Below are positions 1 to 11,819 of a DNA stretch of 64,000 bases, piece by piece. The stretch's first letter is position 1, and the number at the start of each line of letters is the position of its first letter. Both the position numbers and the translations under genes were made by a program. The notes under the pieces were generated by a model. The model ran no database searches and was not told the DNA's origin. It saw nothing but the letters and a program-made list of their open reading frames with translations. The DNA is from Heterodontus francisci (Eukaryota), in assembly GCF_036365525.1 (NCBI RefSeq), contig NC_090395.1, forward strand, positions 65,869,326 through 65,933,325, given 5' to 3'.

Positions 1-382
1 ATCCTGTCACAGGCTCATATTGGAATTGCACTCTTACAGAAAGGTCCTACACTATCCTTTGTAATTACAAAACACTATCCTTTGCTATTACTTCTGCACA
101 ATTACTTTATTTTCACTCATTACCAGAATCGTTCCAAATACCACTGTGATACAATCCGATCACTGTGTTATTGGTATGTTCACAGGGGCAGCTCTCTAAT
201 AACTGAATTGCAGTCATACAAAATCGGTCTGGCCGCATCATCCTTTCAATGGCCCCTTTGAAGGCTTGCAGGATGGCCATTATACTGCCTAATTTGTGAC
301 ACTGCAAATTCACAACATACTACCTTGAAACACATTAAATTTCGGGTCCAGGGCCTAAGTTTTATACAGATTTCACACTATA

Positions 383-815
383 GCCAGAAATTTATTGATG
401 CAGTGGAGGCCCTGGTGACAGGCCCGAAAGCTGGGGCAACCCCACCTCGGCCGCTAATGGGATCCCCCCAGCTGTATTTATCGGCCATCCGGCAACTAAT
501 TATTTGCTATCAGGGCTCCTGTCCCTTTAAAGGACAGGTGCCCATCCCCAGGAAGTGCCAGCCAATCAGAGGGCCAGCAGCTCAGCAGTCTCAGCAGTGC
601 CATCGGGAGTGGTGGCGAATGCTGGGACTGCGACTGGAGGAGAGGGCAGCAGATCGGCCTCCCAACCAGGTAAGTAGATTCTGGAGGTGGTGGTGGGGCT
701 CGTCAGGCAGGCCCCGGGGGGGGAGGGGCAGTGGGGGAAGGGTGGGTTGGTGAGGATGAAGGTGGGGGGGAATGCCGCAGGGGCAGCCATTGCCACCGGG
801 GGGGATCTTCCGTGA
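383..815. mobile_element. Partial GC-rich MITE, same family
   Basis: gccagccaatcagagggccagcagctc motif and G-rich body; truncated at an L2 tail (about 820-975). Confidence 0.6.
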
Positions 816-1033
816 ACAGTCCTTAAAACCTAACTCTTTGATCAAGCATTTGGTCGTTTTTCCTAATATCTCCTTATGTGGCTCAATTTCAATTTTATTT
901 TGCTCACGCTCCTGGGAAGTGCCTTGGGACGTTTAACTACGTTAAAGATGCTATATAAAATCAAGTAGTTGTTGTAGTGTCCAAGCGCTTGTCTCACTGC
1001 TGCCATTAACACATATTAACACACTTTAACAGC

Positions 1034-1500
1034 ATCAGCTGTGGCTCAGTAAGTCACACTCTTGCCTCTGAGTTGGAAGGTTCCAGATTCAAGTCCCACT
1101 TCAGGGCTTGAGCACAAAAATCAAGGCTAGCACTCCAGTGCAGTACTGGGGGAGTACTGTGCTGTCAGAGGTGCCATCTCTCAGATGAGCCATTAAACCG
1201 AGGCCCCATCTGCTTTCTTGGGTGGATGTAAAAGATTCCCGGGCACTATTTTGAAGAACAGCAGGTGAGTTATCCCTAGTGTCTTGGCTAATATTTATCC
1301 TTCAATCAACATCACAAAACAAACAGATTATCTGGTCATTATCACATTGTTGTTTGCGGGCACCTGCTGTGCACCTACTGGCTGCCATGCTTCCTAATTA
1401 CAACGGTGTCTACACTCCAAAAAGTACTTCATTGGCTGTAAAGCGCTTTGAGACCTCCAGTGGTCATGAAAAGCACTATATAAATACAAGTCTTTCTTTC
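1034..1500 (+). mobile_element. tRNA-derived SINE, SacSINE1/DeuSINE-like, full length
   Basis: A/B-box head (tggctcagt...gattcaagtccc), conserved core (gatgagccattaaaccgaggcccc...gatgtaaaagattccc) and tail cactatataaatacaagtctttctttc; many copies in the window. Confidence 0.8.
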
Positions 1501-1534
1501 TTTATCTATCTGCCTACCTATAATGGGTGTCATG

Positions 1535-1900
1535 GAATCATAGAGCATAGAATGAGGCCATTCAGCCTATTATGCCTGTGCTGGCTCTTAAAAAGAGCTA
1601 GTCCCATTCTCCTAATCTTTCCTCATCGCCTTTTCAAGTATATATCCTAGTCCTTTTTGGAAGGTACTATTGAATCTGCTTCCACCAACCTTTCAGGCAG
1701 TGCATTCCAGGTCATAACAATTCACTGCTTAAAAATGCTTCTCAACTTGCCCTCTGGGTCTTTTACCAATTGTCTTAAATCTGTCTCTTCTGATTGCTGA
1801 CCCTCCTGCCAGTGGACCTTCATAATTTTGAATACCTCTTCAGTCTCCCCCATAGCCTTCTCTGCTCTCAGGAGAATAATCCCAGCTTCTCTAGCCTCTC
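1535..1900 (-). mobile_element. Decayed CR1 3' fragment
   Basis: CR1 3' UTR (gaggccattcagcct) and gaatctgcttccacc...ggcagtgcattccag. Confidence 0.7.
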
Positions 1901-3597
1901 CTGTATGTAGGTGAACCCACACCTCCCCTCTTAGACTACCAACTTGATGGTTCGGCCTGAACCCGTCTGGGTGAAGAAAATGGTCAAGGCGCCTAACTGT
2001 TCTTTTAAGAGTTTATTGTAACATCGATAAACTTACAAAGATCAGTATCATACTCACCAACACCACTCCCATCTGAGCTGTACTCACACTGTTAACCCTC
2101 GAGTTGCTGCTTCTGAAAAGCTGCTGCTTCTCTACTGCTGTCTGCTGCTAATCCTTGTCAATTATTACATTTGGATTTTGAAGGCCACAGTTCCTAACAA
2201 ATGCTTCAACATCAGGAATTCGATTCAAAATGACCTCCCCTGGCCTTATTTTAAATATTATCAAGAGCACAGTGTTTCTGGCAGTGTTACGCCCTGCAAA
2301 CTGCCAAGGTGCGATGGAAATGAAAATTGACCCATATTTTCTGAAGGTAGCCTCCCGGTGAAAAGAGCAGGACTCTGTGTAGCAGTCCCTCGAACATTTT
2401 TTTTTTAAATCTTTTAAATATCTCTCACCTTACCATGATAAATTATTTTTGGCTTGAAAGGGAGAACTACAACAAAATGGCAAAACCAAAATATTCAAGG
2501 GGGAGAGGGTGGTGGAGCAGGGACAGGAGACGTTGCTGGAAAATAAATCTCCTGTCTCCAGCACTTTCATCTCTTTTCAGTAATTTCTAAATCCAACCTT
2601 TAGCTTCTTTCTACTGAAATAAAAAGATTCAAATTTTGGATATAATCTCCTGGTGGCCTCCCATCCTCCACCTTCTGCAAACTTCTGTTCACTGAAAACT
2701 TTGCTGCTTACATCCACAGCGAGTTCCACTCGCCCTTCATTTTCAGTGCTGTCACACACTTGCGACAGAGTTTCTTCAATTATTTTACAGCAGAGATTTG
2801 CTTTATGCCCCGATTAGCATGTTTCTGGGCACATATGCACAGGAAATTCCAAGCTTTGAAGTTTAAATCCATGTTCCCATTAACTTACATCTCTGACAAG
2901 TTGCTGATACTAACAGATTTTGATGTTCTAATTTATGTTTATTTTATGAACAGTACAACAAAGTTGATGAACTCTATGAATTGAAATAGGACAAATCAGA
3001 AAATAAGAAATACGAGACCAAATAGGATGAGTTGCCTGGGTCTAGACTGTCAAGGCTGGAGGTCCACAGGTATCATTAGGGCTGCAGATCAAACACCTCT
3101 AGAACACCTAAACCCAAGCATTGAAACTTCTCAAGGAGGCCGTCGGGGAGTGAGCCTGGTAAAATCATGACAAGTGATCAAAATCGGGGAGTCTTATTGA
3201 AACCCAGCAATATCCCACATGTCTGTTCTCAGTGGCAAAGGACTCTGGCTAGTGCCTTCCATCACAAGGAGACAGCGATACAGGTCATGTATTCAGGTGC
3301 ATGGAGAAGTTAGAGATCGAAGAGATCAGAAAGAATAGGATTGGTCTTGTACACTATCTCTCTGTGGGGAAAAGGACAGAGTGCTAATATGAGGTGAAAT
3401 GCAAAACCACGTAATTGGCAGCTGCCTCTTTCCACTGGTGACAATCTTTCACAGTTTCTTATCTTATTTTAACTCTACTAATTTAAAAGTAGCATTGTTT
3501 GAATTTATCACTCCCTTTCCTCCTACTGTGTTCTTACTTTGCACCTCTCCCTTTTGGAACAATTTACATAGATGTTCCTGCTCCCTTTTTTCCTTCA

Positions 3598-4040
3598 GTC
3601 AGCTCACTTGGGTAGCACTCTCGCCTGTGAGTCAGAAGGCTGTGGTTTGAAGTCACACTCCAGAAACTCAAGCATAAGTGTCTAAGCTGATGCTCATGTG
3701 CATTACTGAAGGAGTGCTGCATTGTTGGAGGTGCCTTCTTTCAGATGAGGCATTAAATTGAGGCCCTATCTGCTCTCTCAGGTGGACAGAAAAGATCCCA
3801 TGGCACTATTTCAACAGAGGAGGAGAGTTATCTTTGATGTCCTGGCCTATATTTATTACTCAATCAGCATCACTAAAATAGATGGGTTGGTCATTATATT
3901 GCTGTTTGTGGGAGCTTGTGGTGCACCAATTGGTTGTGATATTTCCTACAACACCAAACTTCAAAAGTATTTCACCGGCTGTAAAGTGCGTTGGGATGTC
4001 CTGTGGTTGTGAAAGCACTGAACAAACGCAGGTTTTTTTT
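3598..4040 (+). mobile_element. SacSINE1-like SINE
   Basis: Colinear with the 1034-1500 copy. Confidence 0.8.
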
Positions 4041-4221
4041 TTTCTTCTGTTGTTTGTGTTCATTTTCTATTACTCCTCATTTTTCCCCACCTCAATTTCT
4101 TCTCAGGGTTATGCACAACCAGCTCCTTACATTTCTGTCTTCAGGTTCCACGTCACTCACCACCACAGACATGTATGTTCCAGCATTGTCAAAAAAAACA
4201 TATCAGTACAATGACATTTAG

Positions 4222-5235
4222 GTATCAGTGGTAGGATCTCACTTCTGAGTCAGAGACTAGAGCACATAATCTAGGCTGAAATTTCAGTGCCAAACTGAGG
4301 GAGTGCTGCATTGTTGAAGATGCCATCTTTTGGATGAGATGTTAAATCAAGGCCCTGTTTGTCCTCTCAGATAGACATAAAAGATCACATGACACTACTT
4401 TGAGGTCCAGAGGTTATGAAAGATGTTAAATAAATGCAAATCATTAATAATAAACAAGTCCCAAATAAACCAGTAGTTGAAAGGTACAGCTTCATCCGTT
4501 TAAAAGTAGCACTATTTGAATTTATCACTCCCTTTCCTCCTACTACATTCTTCCTTTGCACCTCTTCCTTTTGGAACAATTTACAGATGTTCCTGCTCCT
4601 CCTTTTTCCTTCAGTCAGCTGTGGCTCAATTGGCAGCACTCTTACCTGTGAGTCAGAAGGCTGTGGTTTGAAGTCACACTCCAAAAACTCAAGCACAAGT
4701 GTCTAAGCTGACACTCCTGTGCAGTACTGAGGGAATGTTGCATTGTTGGAGATGGTTTCTTTCAGATTAGATGTTAAACTAAAGTCCCCTGTCTGCTCTC
4801 TCAGGTAGACATAAAAGATCCCATGGAACTATTTCAAAGAAGAGCAGGAGAGTTATCCCTGATGTCCTGGCCAATAACAGCATTTCTAAGTAACAAAAAC
4901 TTCACATCTTGAACATTCAGGATATCTCAGTTACCTCAGACTCAGAAGGTCATGGCATCAAACCCACTCCAAGACAAACCTTATCTTGACACTCAAGTAC
5001 AGTGCTAGCTTTCAGATAAGATGTTGTGGCCCATTAACCTGTTCAAATGGCACAAAAGATCCCAAAGTACTATGTAAAGAAAAGCAAGGGTTTTCTCATG
5101 GTGTTCTCACCTACCTTTATCCCTGAACCAATAGACATTAACTGATCATTTATTATTCCTGTTTGTTGGAGCTTGCTATGTGTAAATTGGCTGCCATGGT
5201 TGCCTCTGTAACAAAAGTGACTAGTCTTACTGTTA
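4222..5235 (+). mobile_element. Cluster of three partial SacSINE1-like SINEs
   Basis: Copies at about 4222-4440, 4614-4873 and 4925-5235. Confidence 0.72.
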
Positions 5236-5501
5236 ATGCCCTTTGGCACAAGCAAGGTGGGCAGAATGGCCTCCTTTTTATGCTATATGATTCTATAATA
5301 GTGACACCATTATATACCCATTCTTTAATGGGCTGAGCTGATACTATACTGATACAATTTACCATAAGGAATTTTTCATTGTGGCTTGAACTAAAAATAA
5401 CATTTGGCAAATTTTAGATTGAGCTGTCTTAGTTTAATAGTGATGTTAAACAGTTTTTAAAAAAATGTTCAGCAATTAACACAAAATCCATCATCCTTAC
5501 C

Positions 5502-5592
5502 TTAATTTTTCTTTGTCCACCACGTGCCTGAAATGGCACAAATCAGCAGGAATGCAAAGAGTATCCATCGTAGCCAATTCCAGATAACGTAG
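5502..5592 (-). CDS. Ig-superfamily receptor exon 5: transmembrane helix with Arg, then stop
   Basis: Acceptor ttttgatcag, phase 2. Reads (C)YVIWNWLRWILFAFLLICAISGTWWTKKN*. TAA at 5504-5502 is followed by G|GTAAGG (donor). The five exons sum to 894 nt = 297 aa + stop. Confidence 0.82.
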
Positions 5593-5777
5593 CTGATCAA
5601 AATGGACAAATATTAAATCAATCAATCAATGGGAGGGGAGAAATACTACAGGGTATAGGGATTTCTGGTGGCAAGCAATTTATCACTAGGAAACTGCTAT
5701 TTTCACTAGCTCCAGGACTTTTCATAGCATAAGTTCCTATGAAAAGCTTTCTATCAAACTATGTGTGGAAATTCATA

Positions 5778-6000
5778 GCACAGTGGTGCAGTGGTTAGCA
5801 CCGCAGCCTCACAGCTCCAGCGACCCGGGTTCAGTTCTAGGTAAAAGGGAATTGGCTAAATACTTGAAGGAGAAAAAATTGCAGGGATATGGAGAAAGAG
5901 CAGGGGAGTGGGACTAACTGAATTACTCTTCGAAAGAGCCAGTGCAGACTTGATGGGCCGAATGGCCTCCTTCTGTGCTGTACTATTGTATGATTCTATG
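5778..6000 (+). mobile_element. HE1 SINE head joined to a CR1 3' end
   Basis: 5778-5842 matches the head of the 6186 SINE and includes a B-box (gggttcagttct); 5843-6000 is CR1 C-terminus and 3' UTR. Confidence 0.7.
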
Positions 6001-6185
6001 ACCATCTCATTGCTGTTTGTGGGAGCTTGCTGTGTGCAAATTGGCTGCCGTGTTTCCTACATTACAACAGTGACTACACTTCAAAAGTACCTCATTGGAT
6101 GTAAAGCGATTTGTGACATCCTGAGATCATGAAAGGTGCAATAGAAATGCAAGTCTTCCTTCTTTTAACTTGCTTTAGAAGGGGT

Positions 6186-6510
6186 GGGTACAATGGCGCA
6201 GTGGTTAGCACCGCAGCCTCACAGCTCCAGTTCTGGGTACTGCCTGTGTTGAGTTTGCAAATTCTCCCTGTGTCTGTGTGGGTTTCTGCTGGGTGCTCTG
6301 GTTTCCTCCCACAGCCAAAGACTTGCAGGCTGATAGGTAAATTGGCCATTGTAAATTGCTCCTAGTGTAGGTAGGTGGTAGGAGAATGGTGGGGATGTGG
6401 TAGAGAATATGGGGTTAACGTAGGATTAGTATAAATGGGTGGTTGTTGGTCAGCACAGACTCAGTGGGCCGAAGGGCCTGTTTCAGTGCTGTATCTCTAA
6501 ATAAATAAAT
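6186..6510 (+). mobile_element. HE1-like V-SINE
   Basis: tRNA-like head (tggcgcagtggttagcaccgcagcctcacagc), V-domain (gtgggtttctgctgggtgctctggtttcctcccaca), CR1-derived tail (gggccgaagggcctgtttcagtgctgtatctct) and (AAAT)n. Confidence 0.85.
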
Positions 6511-7704
6511 TTATGACAGAATTTCACATAGTGCCAAAACAATCCTCATGATAAGGGAGAAGGAGTGCTGGCCCATTATGAGTTGTGTTTATAAGTACAT
6601 ATGTGAAAAACTATGATAAAGAGAAATGATGATACAGTGAGAGAAAAGTGATGCATTTTAGAGAAGAATCTGATATTTGCAGGATTGAAAAGATAAGCAT
6701 TGAAAGGGAAGTTAGGAGAGACCAGGCTAAACCAGAATTAGGATTAAAACTAGTGGGAGAGAAATTGGCCCGCGCTCGACTACAGGCACATATGAACACT
6801 AGGAACAACAGTAGGCTATTCAGCAAATTAGATCCTAGTTATTCTGTACCTAACTCCAACACAAAACGGGCGGCACAACTTTAACACAATGCAAACTATG
6901 TATAGTTTTTCACCAATTTCAGATCAAGGTCATAAAACTGACGAGAGGTCCCTGATCAGCATATGAAAGGGGGCTACCACCTGTTTAAGGTGGGTGTGAG
7001 GGATCTCTAAATACCTCCCGATCCAATTTCACATTCAGCGTACTTTTGGCATTATTGGGGTGCAGGCCTTAGTGCACTGAAATTGGATAGTTGATGTCCA
7101 TTTTACACCTGATAAATGGCAGCTGTTGTATTGGCTTCAAGGACTGCTCACCTGTTGATGCCCCCTATTCACCTTGTTTCCTTGATACACAGTTTTCTCT
7201 GGTTGCTCAATTAAATCAATTGGAAGGCCTCAATCTATAGCAATATTATGCAGCATACAGAAAACACTAACTTTTTTCCAACCTTCCATTGGAATTCATC
7301 TCCTGAGTGGCCAACCATATAAAGCACTAACTCAGAATCTCAATTATTTGCTCAGTAAGAGCACAAGCTGAGACAAGGGCATCACTCTATCCTTGCTTGG
7401 CTCTGTATGGGAATTGGTGCACAGGTACGAGCAGCCTTGGTTGCTCCATAAACTTATGTTTTGCTGCCAAGGGAACTGAGCATTAACTTGCACGATTTTC
7501 ATCTGTGCATCAAACACCAGCACATTGATTCAATGGAGTTCCTTTTGATTGATGTCAAGATTGTGATTTAGTGAATGAATAGCCAAATGCATGCAGAGAA
7601 TGATGCCCTGCATCTTTGAGAACCAACAAACAAAATAAAAAGCAAACATCCTTAGCTGCTGTTTCTGTTTGGTATTGGTGAATGTATGTATCCATGTGCA
7701 GGTG

Positions 7705-9030
7705 TTTGGAAGTCTTCTGTAATGTCCCTTGTGATAGAAGGTGTCATCACAATGCTATCAAGCGACACTTTCTCAGCAATAACCTGCTCATCAGTGTTCA
7801 GTTTGGATTCCACCAGAGCCACTCGGCTCCAGACCTCATTACAGTCTTGGCGCACATCAGGACAAAAGAGTTGAATTCCAGAGGTGAAGTGAGAATGAAT
7901 GCCCTTGACATCAAGGCAGCATTTGACCAAGTGTAGCATCAAGGAGCTCCAGCAAAATTGAAGTTAGTAGGAATCGGGGGAAAACTCTCCACTGGCTGAA
8001 ACCATACCTAGCAAAAAAGAAGATGGTTGTGGTTGTTGGAGGCCAATAATCTCATCCCCAAGACATCACTGCAAGAGTTCCTCAGGGTACTGTCCTAGGT
8101 CCAACCATCTTCAGCTGCTTCATCAATGACCTTCGCTCCAGCATCAGGTCAGAAGTGGGGATGTTCACTGATGATTGAGCAGCGTTCAGTACCATTCATG
8201 ATTCCACAGATACCGAAGCAGTCCGTGTCCAGGTGCAGCAAGACCTGGACAACATTCGGGCTTGGGCTGATAAGTGGCATGTAATATTCATGTCACACAA
8301 GTGCCAGACAACCAGAGAGAGAATCTAGCCATATGCCCTTGACATTCAACATCTTGACCATTGTTGAATCTCCCACCATCAACATCCTGGGGATTACCAT
8401 TGACCAGAAACTTAACTGGACCAACCATATAAATACAGTCGCTACAAGAGCAGGTCAGATGATGGAAATTCTATGGCTAGGAACTCACCTCCTACTCCCC
8501 AAAACCTGTCCACTATCTAAAAGTCACATGTCAGGTGTGATGGAATACTCTCCATTTACCTGGATGAGGGCAGCTCCAACAACACTTTAGAAGCTTGACA
8601 CCATCCAGAACAAATCAGTCTGCTTGATCAGCACCCCTTCCACCACCTTAAAACATTCACATGGTGGCAGCAGTATGAACCATTAATAAAATGCATTGCA
8701 GCAATTCACCAAGGGTCCTTTGACAGCACCTTCCAATCCCACAGCCTCTACTACCTAGAAGAACAAAGGCAGTAAACGTATGGGAACAGCACCATCTGTA
8801 AGTTTCCCTCCAAGTCATATACCATCCTCACTTGAAATATATCGCTGTTCCTTCACTGGGTCAAAATCCCAGAACTCCCTCCCTAACAGCACTGTGGGTG
8901 TACCTACACATATGGACTGCAGCAGTTCAAGAAGGCAGTTCACCATCACCTTCTAAAGGGCAATTAGGAATGGGCAAAAAATGCTGGCCTTACCAGCGAT
9001 GCTCCTATCCATTGAACGAATTTTTAAAAA
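7705..9030 (+). mobile_element. CR1/L2-group LINE (second family), RT and 3' end
   Basis: QFGFHQSHSAPDL, ALDIKAAFD, VPQGTVLGPTIFSCFINDL, FTDD, ILGITIDQKLNW; 3' end aagggcaattaggaatggg. Confidence 0.88.
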
Positions 9031-9644
9031 AGCAATTAGCAGCATTTCCATTGACTCCTGAGATATCTGCCACTCGGTTCCTGGAAGGTATATAAATGTT
9101 GAGAGTTATGGTGACTATAAAACTTTACCCAACAGCACAGTTTAACTGATGACTGCTTCTTCAAGTCTTTTGGGAGCACATCATGTAGATTAATCCAAGA
9201 AGTCTTTGTTCAGTTTTAGCCTTTCCTTGTCTTTAAAATTCATAAAACTACATCTAGTTTAGTAATGCTTCGCTCAGGGGTAATTTGTCCACACCATGGT
9301 GTGACTCACGTGACCCCAGTACACCTGAACGCTGTTTCTTCCATCTATCTCACCTGGTGTCATGACGCTTGCCTATAAAATACCCTGTAACAGTGCAGTT
9401 CTTCTTTTCCCACTTGTAAAGTTAATCCTTCATTTAGAAACTAACACCTACTAATCAACCCTAAGAATATCAACACATTTTTCTTGCAGTTCCAAATCAC
9501 CATGACCATCGCAAGTTGCAACAAGCTTGAACACACATTACTTTCAGAGCCCAATTGTTGTTTTTACATTGCACATCAACCATTATAATATTTGAGGAGT
9601 TCATAGAATTGTGCTAAAACTGAATTTGTGTCCATTTAGGGCAA

Positions 9645-10005
9645 CAACGACACCAATTTGTATTTATATAGTTCCTTTAATGTAATAAAACTTTCCAAGG
9701 CACTTCATAGGAGCATTATAAAGCAATATTTGCCATCGAGCCATATAAGGAGACATTAGGAAGCTGACCAAAAGCTTGGCCAAAGAGGTAGGTTTTAAGA
9801 AGCATCTTAAAGGAGAAGAGAGAGAGCGAGGTGGACAGGGTTAGAGAGGGAATTCCAGATCTTAGGGCCTTGGCAGCTGAAGACACGGCTGGCAATGGTG
9901 AAGCGATTAAAATTGGGTTGCTCAAGTGGCCAGAATTAAATGAGTGCAGATACCTGGGAGGGTTTTGGGGGGGGTTGGAGGAGATTGCAGAGGTAGGGAG
10001 GGGTG
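9645..10005 (-). mobile_element. L2 LINE 3' fragment
   Basis: FSFKMLLKTYLFGQAF C-terminal motif and the L2 3' UTR. Confidence 0.8.
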
Positions 10006-10128
10006 ACAGAACATTTATTTACGGCATTCTATGCACAAAAATTCTTAACCATATGACCAATTAGGAAAATACAGGCCTCTGAAGGCAATCATAAATTTTT
10101 CACTCTTAGCAAAACTAAAGGGATATAC

Positions 10129-10249
10129 CAATCATCGACAACAGCAGTGGCATGAGAAGTACTTTCATGAATTGTTGTTTGTTCATTAGTGCGATCAGGC
10201 TTCATGCCTGTATTTATTGGAAAATCTTCACAAGTGTAGAGCATATTTC
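10129..10249 (-). CDS. Ig-superfamily receptor exon 4: Ser/Thr-rich stalk
   Basis: Strong polypyrimidine acceptor tttttttgtcctattttag; 121 nt, phase 1 to 2, exactly the phase needed to link exon 3 to the TM exon. Reads GNMLYTCEDFPINTGMKPDRTNEQTTIHESTSHATAVVDD; donor GTATAT. Confidence 0.75.
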
Positions 10250-10773
10250 CTAAAATAGGACAAAAAAAATACATACTTATTTATACCAGTGCATCTCCCA
10301 TTGTAGTGTGCCATAAAATAGCGGGGGCTAAAGTGATTAGCCCTTGAAAATGGGATTGGGAATTGCAATATGCGAATAATCCGTGCCCGTTCATTTGTAT
10401 TGAAGCAGGACGACAACTTCTTGCTGCCTGCTCATGGTAGTTTCTACATGCAGCCGGAGTTCAGATCGCTATTAATTGGCTGCACGCATCAGAGAGGGGC
10501 CCAATCTGGGCACTTCCTAGCACCACTTAAAGTTGCACCTCTTAAAGGGAAAATGCATTGTGGCTGCTGGAGGTGTTGAGATTATTGGGAACAGTGCCAT
10601 GCAACAATCGCACCTGCACGTGTCACCCTCATGGTATAAGCATGCACTTCTTACTTTCTCCTCTCCCCTCACCACAACCCTACCCTTGTCCCTTTTACCT
10701 TTCACATACCCAAGAACTGCAACCTGCCCAGGTAGTGGAGGAATAGCATGAAGACAGTGAAGATTAAGTCATA

Positions 10774-11400
10774 GGGCTGGATTTTTGTGCAGCTGTCAGG
10801 GGATCCCGCCTCCAAGAACTGCCAGCCAATCAGAAGGCCGGCAGCTTAGCAGACCCAGCAGCACCACCAGGAGCAGTGGCCACTGCTGGAACTGTATCAG
10901 GCAGTTGAAGAGGAACAGCCATGGAGCCTAGACTAAAAGTAAGTGGCAGCGGGTTCGCTGGGCCCATTCTGGCAGGCCCCGGGGTTGGGTGGCAGTGGGG
11001 GGGTGGGTTAGTGCAGACAGTGGGGTGGGTGATGAAAGATGGGTGACCCTTGCCACCGGGAGCCCTCCGTGGGCCACGGATTTCCCATGGAGGAAGGCCC
11101 TCTCCACCCAAGCATGCAGGGAGACCACCTTGAGTTACTGGGTGACCTCCCCACATGGCAGAGGGTGCCCCCGCCCCATCCCCCGCTGCTGGTAAAATAC
11201 CAGCGGCAGCAGGAAAAGGCTCTTAAGTGGCCATTATTTGGCCACAAGGGCTTCAATTGGCCTCTGGGCGGAAAGCCCATCATTAGCCTTCCCTGCCTGG
11301 ACTAACTTGGAAGGCGGCAGGCACTCTGCCCCCTTGCCTTCCCTTGCAATTTTATGGGCCCCGTCACTGTTCCTGTCCCTAGAGGGCCCATAAAATTGTT
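10774..11400. mobile_element. GC-rich MITE, same family
   Basis: Starts GGGCTGGATTTT and ends ...TAAAATTG; shares gccagccaatcagaaggccggcagc and cttaagtggcc motifs. Confidence 0.72.
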
Positions 11401-11819
11401 CGATTTTACAGTTACAGCCACCAGCTCAGATACTGACAATGTGCCTAGTTTAAAGGATAGTATAGAGGCAGGATCCGCATGTGGTGAGACACCGGGGACA
11501 AGTGCGCTACAGCTAATGTAGGGGGAAATGGTAGCACAGGAGCCAGCTCACCAGAGGACAAGATCGCACATTATTTCTGCTGCAGAGGACAAGATGAGTT
11601 TGATGGGCCAGGCTACTGAAGAAAGCTGATGGGTGTACAAACACATATGCTTGGTGCACCAGGAACTCTGCTGGAAGGTTAGCCCTCAATATCTATGATC
11701 ATGGAGGAATCCAGTGCTAACTTAGCACAGAGCTTTGCACAGAACTTGGGCCTCATCCTTTCCAACATGACTTGGGTGGCATTTCCATCAACACACTTGG
11801 GGAGCCAACAATGAGCCAG

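Noticed and set aside
113-313. 66-aa ORF with GSIMAILQA, faintly like G-alpha QSIMAI or an Ig F-strand
   Set aside because: Similarity does not extend beyond a few residues.
325-845. Overlapping Pro/Gly/Arg-rich ORFs, also at 10830-11305, 18587-19447 and 32498-33310
   Set aside because: Artefacts of GC-rich MITEs.
1034-1110. tRNA-like A/B boxes here and in other SINE heads
   Set aside because: SINE heads, not tRNA genes; no cloverleaf and they continue into SINE bodies.
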